Source of the DNA: Catajapyx aquilonaris
Lineage: Eukaryota
Assembly: GCA_000934665.2 (NCBI GenBank)
Contig: KZ538117.1
Coordinates: 106,562 to 126,561 of the forward strand
Direction of reading: 5' to 3'
DNA length: 20,000 nucleotides
The position numbers were made by a program, and so were the translations under genes. This document shows positions 1-10,955 of the stretch, one piece after another (position 1 is the first letter of the stretch; each line of letters opens with the position of its first letter). The notes beneath the pieces were generated by a model. That model saw nothing but the letters and a program-made list of their open reading frames with translations, was not told where the DNA came from and made no database searches.

Positions 1-1705
1 GCTGATTATAGGCTGGGGAGAAGAAAAAAATGCTAAGATATCGTCAGGCATCGTAATGGGGCGTGACGATGAGATTTATAGGCGTCGGAGCACGTGCTTT
101 TGAAGTGGACCCAAAATTTCGGGTGGTGGTAGGGAGGCTGGGAGGGAAACTCCATTAGTACTGGTTCATATTCTGGCGTAGACGCCAACACCTTCGAGGG
201 CGGAACCATTCGGTTGAATTCCACGGAGGCAGAGAGCTAGTCTTACTTATCTTCATCTTTTGGCAGATACATGTGCAGGTCACGTCCCGCAATCTCGCGA
301 GTGGAGCTGTTGCAACATGCCCGCACTATCCGCCATTTTAAGCCTCGTTCTTGCTGTCTGGGACAAAGGGAATGTATTAGGCCAAGGATTTAGAGCATGA
401 CGTAATGATTTAATTAATACTTAAATGTTATGTGTACAGTACCCACTCTGATACTTAACCTTATAGAATGCTGTGAGTGCCTGTTGCGACATGAAGACGA
501 AGTATCAGCGTTCTCGTGTCTTCATAAGAATGATCACAAGATTCCTCTAGGCACTGTTACATTGTTGTTTTACTCCCATAAAATGACATCAGTATAAAAT
601 TGATTCATTTGAGTGAGTAATACCAAGTAACTTTCTAACGTGACAAATAGTTTTCTTATTCTCTAATTGATGACTGTGAATTTAATACGAGACGATACAG
701 AATGTGCAGCCCCCAGAAGTGCAGCCTCCGGAAGTTTACAATTTTGTTGGCATTCGTACATTTTTTATGCAGCTGAAATGTCAGCTGCTATTTTTAACCG
801 GCTTATTAACGGAAGCAGCTATAGCATAAGCATAGATTGCAAACATGGCCGTCAGCCACAACATCGGTTTAGTAAATCTAGCCACATTTCCGCTCACCAC
901 ATGATACCGTATTTTGAGACATCTAAAGATAACGGAAGATGAAATGGTGGGTTCACCAGAAGCAAAATATCTATCCATTTGTACATCAGCCGCCATGTCA
1001 CGTCATATTTCTAGCCAGTCAAAACAGATAAAATAAAGATGCAGGATGTTCACTAAACAGATGCATATTGCCCAAAAAATTTGCACCCTGTTTATGTTGC
1101 ATCAAGCATCATCATACTCACCTGACTGATGGGCCCTGTTCAAAAATGTGTACACCTGACAGGTGGAGTGACTAACCTTTCCGTCACGTCGCACCAGTTC
1201 AAAAGCACATGACGCCTAATAGCCAACAAACACCAATAAGAACTAAATTATAGTCCACATAATAATCATACACTTACATACTCACTCGTAAGTCTCTCAC
1301 ATGTTTTCACACTTAAGAATTCCTTACCTCCCAACGTCTGGCCGGGGATTCCCCGTATATATTTGGATGACTCAACCACTAAGTAAGCGGTCACCTTCTA
1401 GCCAAGAAACACAACAGGACGAAAGAAATGGATTCATGGTCTCACATCCTTCACTGCCATGGGCCGCCAGAAAAGACAATAAAAAAGACCATGCACGACG
1501 TGCTTATGCAAATGCGGCCACCAGGGGCCTCCGCTGCTTTGTGATGAGGAGCCAAGTCTTTTCCTAACACTGCGGTAATCCGGGCCAGGCTAACCCTAAC
1601 TAATGGCGTAGGTCCCTCTTTGCTTTCTGACGGGGAAGGGCGAGGATACTTATAACAGGGGTAGAGATATTCAGTGGGAATGTCGTAAGTATACAGGAGC
1701 GCGGG

Positions 1706-1723
1706 NNNNNNNNNNNNNNNNNN
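1706..1723. other. Assembly gap (18 N) within a G-run
   Basis: N-run flanked by G on both sides. Confidence 0.97.
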
Positions 1724-1841
1724 NGGGGGCTTGACTCAACAAGGAATGGGAAGAAAGTTACAGTAGGGTAAGTAAATAAGTATCTGGAGGTTTGAAAAAT
1801 AAGATGGAAAGTTAGGGTTTGCTGCTATGGTTAGGAGGGGT

Positions 1842-1858
1842 AGAGAGAGAGAGAGAGA
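1842..1858. repeat. (AG)8 microsatellite
   Basis: Direct reading. Confidence 0.9.
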
Positions 1859-2414
1859 AGGTTTTGGGGGGCAGTTGGAAGAGGCGGGCTCTTTGAGGGT
1901 GGGTAAATAGTGATAAGCGAGAATCAAGGCACCCTAACGTGTGTGCAGAACGTTTCTGCGAATTAATGGTGGTTTAGGATTGAGGTGGTGGCCATTAACA
2001 TTTAGATTAATATCAAAATTATATCCGGTTGGTGTGTGTGTAGAAATATTTTTAGGATGTTCCAATTGGATTTGATGCTGGTAACACCATGGTGCCTCAA
2101 AATAATAAATCTGTGGATGTACTGTAATTAAATTACACAAGATGATTAGTATGATGTAATTTGTATCATGTACCATGCCATCAATCATTTACAGAACCTG
2201 CATTTGCATGGATGGTTTTATGCCATGCAAATTTCGATAATTATTATGTAAATAATATTAAATTATTAGATAACTTATACATGCACTGATTATTCGGCTG
2301 AAAATCCTCGATTGTGCACGTTCTCATTGTACAAGTACGAACTTTGAAGAATTTCACCTTGACAGTGTGCTGATTCACTCTTGGAATCACACTGCCGGCG
2401 TTGGGTATATATTA

Positions 2415-2421
2415 CCCCCCT

Positions 2422-2464
<43 letters not shown>
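2415..2464. repeat. C-run followed by (CT)17 microsatellite
   Basis: Direct reading: C-rich 2415-2430, CT repeat 2431-2464. Confidence 0.97.
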
Positions 2465-2465
<1 letters not shown>

Positions 2466-4951
2466 AAGGGACCCAGTCAATTAGGTAGGAAAATCAATGA
2501 TGTTCGGCCCAGTCGGCTTTAGGAAAAAAAGTTTTTCGTTCCATCATCAAAACGTCACTGCTGGTGTCGTGGGAAAGCAGAACTCCGGGAGACAAGTGAA
2601 TGTAGACAAGATGACGCGGATTAGAGCCAAAATATTTTCACGTTTATGAACTTAAATTAGTTTATCACTTTTGTACTTGGTTGAACTGTAGAGGAATAAT
2701 ACTGGGAAAAAAAATACATTTGCCTTCATCTCCATCTGCAAATCGATTTCATCCAGGTGGCAGGATTTTCTGAAAAATTCTGACAAAATGCACAATATGT
2801 TTTTAGAGTGGTCTATAAGCCTGACAGAAACTGAGGCTCAACCTGTACTAGTGCAAGGTCCTCTACGACGATTCAAAGCTGGCTATTTGATTTTTTTGCT
2901 GCTCCTAGACTACTTAGGACTACATCGTCGCTTCCGGGAATTTTACGAGCTCGTCCTCTTTTTTTTTAAACAAAAAAAGGGTCCGGCACTAGCAATGGGT
3001 GTTTGTAGTAATTAGTGTACTGCACCTAGAGAAGTGCAAAAAAAATGTGCAAAAGTCATGCCTGCAGCGAAACTCCGGTGCTACGCTGCAAACAACGGCG
3101 CGAGGTTGTAAACAAACCGGTGGTTCCTAGACACGTGGGTTAGTGGAGAGGTCACCACAAAAAGGGCCTGGCAAGTGCAAATGAGCTTGTGGGAATGGGC
3201 ACGTGGCCTATGTCCGGCATCGTGCCCAACCCCCTCCCTCCCCCTACTCCCACAAGGCTCTCTCACCCCCGCCTCCCACCCCTTTTGCAAACTTGCAAAT
3301 ATTAGCATTAACATGGGCGGAATAGGCAGGAGTGGCGCAGGCCACAGATTGTTTCGCCCACTGAATTTGCTGTGCTGCTGGCATATCCCGCCCTCACCAC
3401 CCTCTTTTGCTTCTTCCTATTTGCATACATTGTGCTAGAGGTTTTTTTTTTCACATTCCAGACACCCTGACTGTGAAATGGCTCTTAAAGACAACCACTC
3501 AGCTGAAAACCTGTGAGCAATTGTAATTGTGTCAAAAAGTAACTTGGAGGGCAAAAACAATGTTATGCATTATTTGGAGAGGTATTCGGGCGTTTTTTGG
3601 GGTTGCATTTGGTCAAAGCGGCATCTGTTGTGCGTGAATTTCAAAGTGTTTTTAGGGTACCACAAACAGCATGGCGGCCTGGAGGTAAATTTTTTGTGTG
3701 TGTGTGCAAAAATACTGTACAATGTGTGCTAGATGCTTAGATTAGAAGTAGTAATTAGTTCAGATTAATTATTGTTGAGGCGGTAATTAGATTTCGGTTA
3801 TTTGATTTGGTTGGATATGGACGCTTTAAATAAATTGTTGTGCCAATCTGAAGTTTATAAATCTATGGACAGATGTTTCATATTGAAACCGGTCGTTGGA
3901 TGATGTGGACTATTTCACATTTTGAAATAAATTTTTTTGCATTTAAAAACACATCTTAGGTACGGTACATGCAACAGAAATCCAAGAAATACGAGCAATA
4001 AATCTAGAGTTAAATATCCATATCAGCGAGCAATCTGTCTGATTTTTTCCTAGATATGGACAAAATAGATGCTCATACTGGCCGGTTGCATGTTGACGTG
4101 TGTGGTATAACGATCTGGTGTATCTCCTTTTCGTTTGATGACAGTGCTGTCGCTTGTAGGCGGTGAGAAGGATGTTACAGTCCTTGTTGGAAGATAATGT
4201 CTCTCATTGTCGAAGGCGCCGTCCACGTGCATTAGCGGATACACTGGATGCAGATTTTCAATCAGCGTGACTCCTGTAAGGTTTGGCGCACTTCCTTCTC
4301 TTGTGACTGACGTGAGGTTGCCAAGGAGATGAGAAATGGGATAGCCTACCTAGGATAAGGAGTGGCAAGTAAACTGTCCGGGGAAACAACGCATAGTCTG
4401 TGTCAACATCTGAACACTGGACCTACTTCTAGGAATAATTTTTTTTAAATCGATATTCTGGACTTATATGATTCGTGTAACTTATAAGACTGGAAAGGTC
4501 CTTGCTGATAACGCACCCAGTTAGAAGTTCTGACATTTGAGGTGTGATGGACAGTTGCAGATACTTTTGCTGTTTTAGGGTTGACAGCTTCCTGTTCCCC
4601 TTAGTGTCACTTCTCTGCCAATAATAAGGAGCATGATATTTTTGGACAATGACGTGCATTTAAAATGTTTCCAACTTGCCCCATATGCTGTATGCACCAT
4701 GGTGGCTAAGCTTAAGCAGAAGAAAGTTGATTGTATCATGGCAGAGAAATTTCCAAATGTTAATGGAAAATAGTTATCCATCAAATGAATTTCGACCCTA
4801 CCCATTTACCGACATGTAAATGAACTTGAATATTACAAGTTATGGATACTGGACAGAATTTTTCAAAATTAAAGAGAACGCATTCAAATCCACGGTACTT
4901 GGACTTTACAATTAAATTTTATGATATTTCAAGCGGAATCGTCATGTTGTG

Positions 4952-5113
4952 CAGTGCTGGCCATATATCGAGGCAACCGCCAGCGACATTTTCCCGAAGC
5001 GGCAGAAGAAGGAATCGAAGATAAGCATGCTACAAGCCGGGCGAGCAAGATTCCTTCTTCTGCCGCTTCGGAAAAATGTCGCTAGTCGTTTCCTCGATAT
5101 ATGGCCAGCACTG
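4952..5113. mobile_element. Tc1-like MITE (162-bp fold-back element)
   Basis: Arms 4952-5016 and 5049-5113 are inverted repeats matching at 60/65 positions (hand alignment). The terminus CAGTGCTGGCCA equals the first 12 nt of the C. elegans Tc1 TIR. The right flank is TA and the left flank is TG (probably a mutated TA target duplication). No coding capacity. Confidence 0.9.
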
Positions 5114-5287
5114 TACACGCAGCACCAAATAATGTACTACTGTAAATGTTCAAAATTATTTCTCGGGAGAACATCAAGTGACTCCATCGGAAAAGCGTGA
5201 GCAGCTGCATTGCACCTTGACTGATCACACCCTTCAAATGATGCATAATTATACTGATACGCCACTTTTCAAATGCTGACCAATATT

Positions 5288-5301
5288 GTGCCACCTAGTG
5301 T
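5288..5301 (-). promoter_or_regulatory. CTCF-like binding motif
   Basis: Minus strand reads ACACTAGGTGGCAC, one mismatch from CCACTAGGTGGCA. Motif match only. Confidence 0.4.
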
Positions 5302-6750
5302 ACAAACGAACCAGTAACGCAATTTTTAAAAAATCACCATTAACCTGCACCTGGTTTCAGCATTTTAAAAAATAACATACAATTTTGAGAAGTGGTTCGC
5401 TATAAGTACGAAATTAAGCTACACAGTACGTAACGTACTAGTAGCACCTAAACTACCCTAGTAGAATCGAAATAAGCCTCCTTTCCACCCATCTCTCTCC
5501 CACTTTGTATGGCACAGCGCCCCAAAATTGTCTGCACTTGCAGCATTTCGCCTTAATCCGGAATGTTTAGGAGTAGTAACGAACGAGCGAGGACAGAAAC
5601 TTTGCATCTGGCTGCGGACGAAAACCGCGGAAACCCAGAAACTTCTGACTGCAGGTATTGACACGGGCTCCTGGCAAGTGTGCCGGGGTTGTTGGCATTT
5701 AATCCATCGCTGATTAATATTCCCCACATTATGAAGGCGCATAGCGGACGGAGGCAAGAGCGGTGGCTTAGCCGTTGCTGAGTTGCTGACCACTTCGAAG
5801 GTCGGGGGGGTTATATCGGTTAGCCAGCAGACCACGGTAGAAAGAAATATCCAGTCGTTTTTTTTATACTCCATTCCAGGGGTTGGTGGTTCCGACAGCG
5901 TATAGGTCGTGTCTCAAACAGGCAACTCAATAAAGTTGAATTGCCTTGCTACATCAAATGGTTTTGGGCTTGTGCTGGGTTCTCAGCAGGGACCATCTCA
6001 CCACCACCTGGTTCTATATGCGTTATAATTTTGCCGTATGTCACATATGAGATGTAATTCTTTCCAAGTGATATTTCGAATGGGATTCTGGATAGTAGAA
6101 TGCGTTTTGTAATATCGGTTGAGATCAGGGAGTAATCGCACTGGGCACTGCCAATAACTCCGTTCGTTTTGCATTTATAGGTTGTAGAATGTTATCCTTA
6201 CAGCACACATACAGTAAAAAATATAGGTGAAACAATTGACTACAAAAATTACACACCAATATACAGATCCAATTGTGCTTATTATGCAAAGTGATTTCCA
6301 TGAGAAAATATGTAAAGTTAATATTTAGAGCCAGATGAATAATAACGTGGCTTATTTACAAGGTTATGGTGTGTGTCACAAAGCGATGAAGTGATTTTTC
6401 AAAAATCCGTACCTTTTGATCTGATAGATCTATTCGGATTTTCCTTTTCGGAAAGTTGAGGGAAAATGTAAGCTATGTCGTGTGTAGTGAATTTTTGACA
6501 TCAAAACAGAGCTGCTTTCATGTTTGCACACTTTTCAAATACAGTATCATAGGCTACACCAAAAACATAATAATAAATGGCGGTGTAAGCAATTTTGGAG
6601 TTGTCAGAGGATATGAAAAGACTGTTCCGCGACTGCGTATTCGGAAAGGTTTTGTAGACCTGATATAAAGGTATAAACTGCAAGTTCTATGAAGTAAAAG
6701 TTATACACATGACCATAATTCATAGCTGATTGTGCCATACTTACCATACA

Positions 6751-7025
6751 CAGGGTGTTAATCCTAAGCGTGTCACCAGAAAAGGTGGTGCTAGAGGACG
6801 CAGGTGTGAGCATTTTTGCATAAGGAACTAGGGGTCGGAAACGCACCCTCACGGAGTCACTCCGCCGCGTGCCGCACGCCTCTTGCACACTGCCTGCCGC
6901 AAACTTGAAAGGGGCGTAACTCGGTGAGGGTGCGTTTCCGACACCTAGTTCCTTATGCAAAAATGCTCACACCTGCGCCCTCTACCACCACCTTTCCTGG
7001 TGACACGCTTAGGATTAACACCCTG
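6751..7025. mobile_element. Tc1/mariner-superfamily MITE with CAGGGTGT termini (275 bp, long fold-back)
   Basis: Arms 6751-6863 and 6913-7025 match at about 106/113 positions around a 49-nt spacer. Starts CAGGGTGTTAATCC and ends GGATTAACACCCTG. Right flank TA, left flank CA. Confidence 0.92.
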
Positions 7026-10000
7026 TATTACTACACTACCACTCACAAAAAAAAGTATCGGGTATATTGACCTGAAGACACAAAAGTTCACCTAAGAAGC
7101 GTAACCCTCTTGACCAGTCAATTGAGACGCCACGCGACGCCACCTCACGTCGTTTCAAGTTTCCTCAAGCTCACTTTCGACTCTATAATTCCACCCAGCA
7201 ATATCGAACTCTTCAATGTTTGCCTAACGTTTGCTTATCCAAACCACTCCACCCAACCCTGGCCAGAAGACTGTTTGTCGGCGAATGAATAAGAAAAGCA
7301 GCGTCCAATTCAAGTGTATGCTCTTCACTGTCCCAGTTTGCCCCCTGCCCCTTTCCTCAGTCCCTCAGGATCCAGACATGCCCCATCTTGTTTCCCACCC
7401 CAGTCCGTTTACTTAGCCCTGTCAAGTCTCTGTCCACTCATAAGTGGCGCCCTCCTTTATGCCACCACCAGTTCCTCCTTGTTTTCGTAAGGCTCGTAAA
7501 GTTGTCCTTTTGGGAAGGAAAGGCGCACCCCTCACTGCAGGGTAGCTCTCACTAAAAGTGTAAAGGTGATATAAGGGGGCAAGGGTGGAGGCGATGGACG
7601 ACATGTGAGAAGGGTAGAAAACATGGCCTCCCGTGGCTGGCCACCGGAAAGGCGCCTCTCTTAACCTGCCACTTGCCTTTCCGACACCTCTTCATTATCT
7701 CAACTCCCTAACCCTACCCCTCTAGTTCATGACTCACACATGAACACACATACACACAATTTATGTTCTGACCGTTCGAACTCGCTTGTTCGCTCCTTTG
7801 CGTGCACGGTGGGGGGGGGGGGAAACGTACAATAATTCAGCACTAGACTGTTATCAGGGGCTGGCGTCCAATTAGCTAATAATTAAGGACGCTGATACAG
7901 GTAATGAGCATAAAAATGGCTGGGAGTATAGTGCTTCACTTTTTTTTTTAGAATATTGTCAGGGAGTATGGGGTCACGGTTGGATGTAGGAAAATAGCTG
8001 GATGCGAGCAGTTTTGGGGATTATTTAGAAAATGTGCATTTCATGTTCAAATAGCCTGTAGTGCCAAAAATGTTTAGAAAATAATGACTACGACGCAGTT
8101 ACAAAGTCGGAAACGTCACCCTTTATTGGCATGATTACGTGGCGAATGCAAACTCTCGTAAATAGGATTATGGGCCTAGCTTAGTACTCTATACGGCGTA
8201 TCCAGTCTAACGAGACCATTGGTCTTGGCGCATAATAAAGGTGATTGATTAATTGCACCACTAGTGGTTATTGCTTGACGTCGCGAGTAAATCTGTCGTA
8301 ATGGCCGCATATTAAGGGGTGTATGATCATCCCCCTTATTTTATTTACATGAATGGGACCTCTGGTGTCAAGTGTCACTACTATTTTAACGACACGCAAT
8401 CGAGCTGCCATTTTGAATTTAGGCCACGCTATAGGTGGATGATCTTTTCCCACGTATTTGACGATGTTGCCTGCAGGTCCTCTTGACAATGAAAGCTATG
8501 TATAGCCACAGATTGGAAATGGTTGGTCATATACGGTATATTTTTGCTACATTGCATAGTACAAGTAATAGATTCTTTTCTTAATATTGATAATTACAAC
8601 GGCTGCTTAGAATTGGACGTAGTTCTGTTAAAAGCTCACAAACGTAAACTTCGGATCGCTAGACTCATATCGTGTGACTTTACAGTAGTTGACCCGTCTC
8701 TCTGTGTGTGTGTTTTTTAAGTTAAAGAAGAACAGAAGGGTAGAAATCAAGTTCTCTCCAAGCGTAACACAGTCTTGTTGCTCACGTGTTGGTTAGCATG
8801 CTGCAAAATTAATTCCTCTTCTGGAGCCGTGGCTCATCAGTAAACGAAGCGGAAGGGCCCGATGTCATACTGCATACAGAGTAGCTAATTATCTTTGTAA
8901 CTACTTTGCTACCTACTGACTGGTCCTCTGCCATACCACTGACTAGAAAATAAAAGGACATGCCGCAGAAAAATGTGGTAATTTATTCATAGCGTTGCTA
9001 TTGGATTCAAATAGAGTGCATAGTATAGGTTGTCATTAATTTATGACGATTTATTTGGAGTTAAATTGGACAAGTATCTACGCATATGGCTTTTTAGCTA
9101 GTGAGGGGGTCTAACACTCGGAAAGGATGAATGTTTACCGATGCTATGATGTTTGTAACTGTATTTATTGGTTTATTTTTTAAACATGTTCGATTAATAC
9201 TGGAAACAATCTAAAATATCACAGCAACTTAATATGAAGACATTAAAGAAACCACCATTACAGTAGTAGTGAAGTGGGAAAATTATTCTGCATCTACTTA
9301 TTTTGTTCACGCTTATAAAAATTGTTTATATCGATGAAACATATTTTTACATTATTTTGAAACTCGTTAATTTAAATTACAGTGATTTTGAGAACGCATT
9401 TGCAATTCCTCAGGAAAGAAACGATTGGATATGATAGAAATGCGTTATTCGTCATTAATGACAATGCAGATGAATTGAGACCTTTTGAGTCACTGGAATG
9501 ATAAACATCACTTCGCGAAAATTATGCAGATACGACATGCAAATTGATCATTAGCCTATACTTCCTATGAAATCGTTAAATGTAAAAATGTTGGAAGAAA
9601 ACAGCAATTCTTCATTTTAAAACTTCTGCCTGAGCCACTCTCAATGCTGAAAGATGATTTCAAGTTGAAATGGAATAATTATTATGATGAAGGGAACTTG
9701 ACTGATCACGATTTCCAACCTTAACTTTCGTATTCGACAAAAAAAAGTCAGTCTCTACATTAACTTGCAACTTTTCTTTGATTGCAGTATAAGCCCGTTA
9801 CTCTGCAGATATAGCACAAATTTTGCAGAAAAACATCTGGATTAAAATAATATTTCGCAACAGTCGACATCTCTCATCAAACTGCAGTTTCTTATTGTAA
9901 AAAAAGCACTTGCGACACCTTTAAAAATTAGTACATTCACCCCAAGTTAGAATCCCCCATCTTGTCTCCCATTCATCCACCCACTCTCGTCTTCTCTAGC

Positions 10001-10328
10001 AGAAAAAGTACTCAACAAAGCCCCTTCGCGTTATTGGCCACGCCCGAGGATGAAGAATGATTAATAATAATAAGCGCTCCGAGATGAGCAGACGTGCACG
10101 AAGCCGTTTACCGCGTCTTTTATTTATAAGATGCCCCTGAAGAGGTTCCCAAGACACGTGAATGTCACAATCATTCTTACTGCCCGTCTTATGCATAACA
10201 TATTAGCGTGACCCATTCATCACTGCTTCCTACTGAGGGCGTCTATTCGGTACAGGCCCTTGTAGTACTGTACATTCAGTGAAGATGTGCACTCCAATTA
10301 CTATTACAGTAGAGTTTGAAGATGCGTA

Positions 10329-10955
10329 CAGTTAGCCCTCGTTATCCGCGAGTAATTGGTTCCAAGTTCACCGCGGATAAACCGAACCGATACAGTAGGC
10401 TATACAGGGTGTCTCATTTTTTTATCCGAAGTGTTATCGGAAAATTGCGCGCAGCTGCTACTTTTTAAGCAGTGACTTGCAAACGGTGATTTCGGAGGAA
10501 CGGGGAATATTATGCGAATCGTAGGTTGAAGTGGCATACGTGCTGCCCGCTGAAAATTGAGGGTCAAGCCTGGAAAAAAGAGGGTCACACATGCCATGGG
10601 ATGTGTGACCCTCTTTTTCCCCATTCCCCATTCCTCAGACAAATCACCGGTTGCAAGTCACTGCTTAAAAAGTAGCAGCTACGCGCAATTTTCCCATAAC
10701 TGTTCGGACAAAGAAGATGGGCATTTTTGACATGTATAAATACACACTGTGGAGTATACATACATGTGCTAAGTTTAATAAAAAAATGAAAAAATTATAC
10801 ACATTAAGACATCAACAAATCAAACAACTAATAGAATAGTTGTTATAACACTGCAGTACTGTACTGCAATTAAAATACATGTTAATTTTTTAAAATTTAA
10901 ATTTAAATTTTCAAACCGCGAATAACGAGACCGCGGATAACCAGGGGACTGGCTG
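10329..10955. mobile_element. Older pogo/Tigger-like (MER2-type) MITE interrupted by a younger MITE
   Basis: TA then CAGTTAGCCCTCGTTATCCGCGAGTAATTGGTTCC at the left end. Degenerate inverted counterpart CGCGGATAACCAGGGGACTGGCTG at the right end. Subterminal CCGCGGATAA copies at 10371-10380 and 10931-10940, with an AT-rich interior. The layout resembles Tigger/MER2 termini as I recall them. The right boundary is uncertain (10951 or 10955) and has no right-hand TA. Confidence 0.7.
10405..10729. mobile_element. CAGGGTGT-ended Tc1/mariner-type MITE nested in the Tigger-like element
   Basis: TA+CAGGGTGTCTC at the left end. Roughly 100-bp inverted arms (10405-~10508 vs ~10623-10729) with a perfect 30-bp core (10453-10482 / 10651-10680). 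The right terminus is decayed (GGGCATTTTTG instead of GAGACACCCTG), so the end coordinate is approximate. Confidence 0.82.

Noticed and set aside
241..284. Plus-strand acceptor with a 12-nt micro-exon
   Set aside because: The following donor (GTCACG) is weak.
9040..9740. AT-rich stretch considered as a decayed transposase
   Set aside because: Short open frames with no DDE or HTH motif I can recognise.
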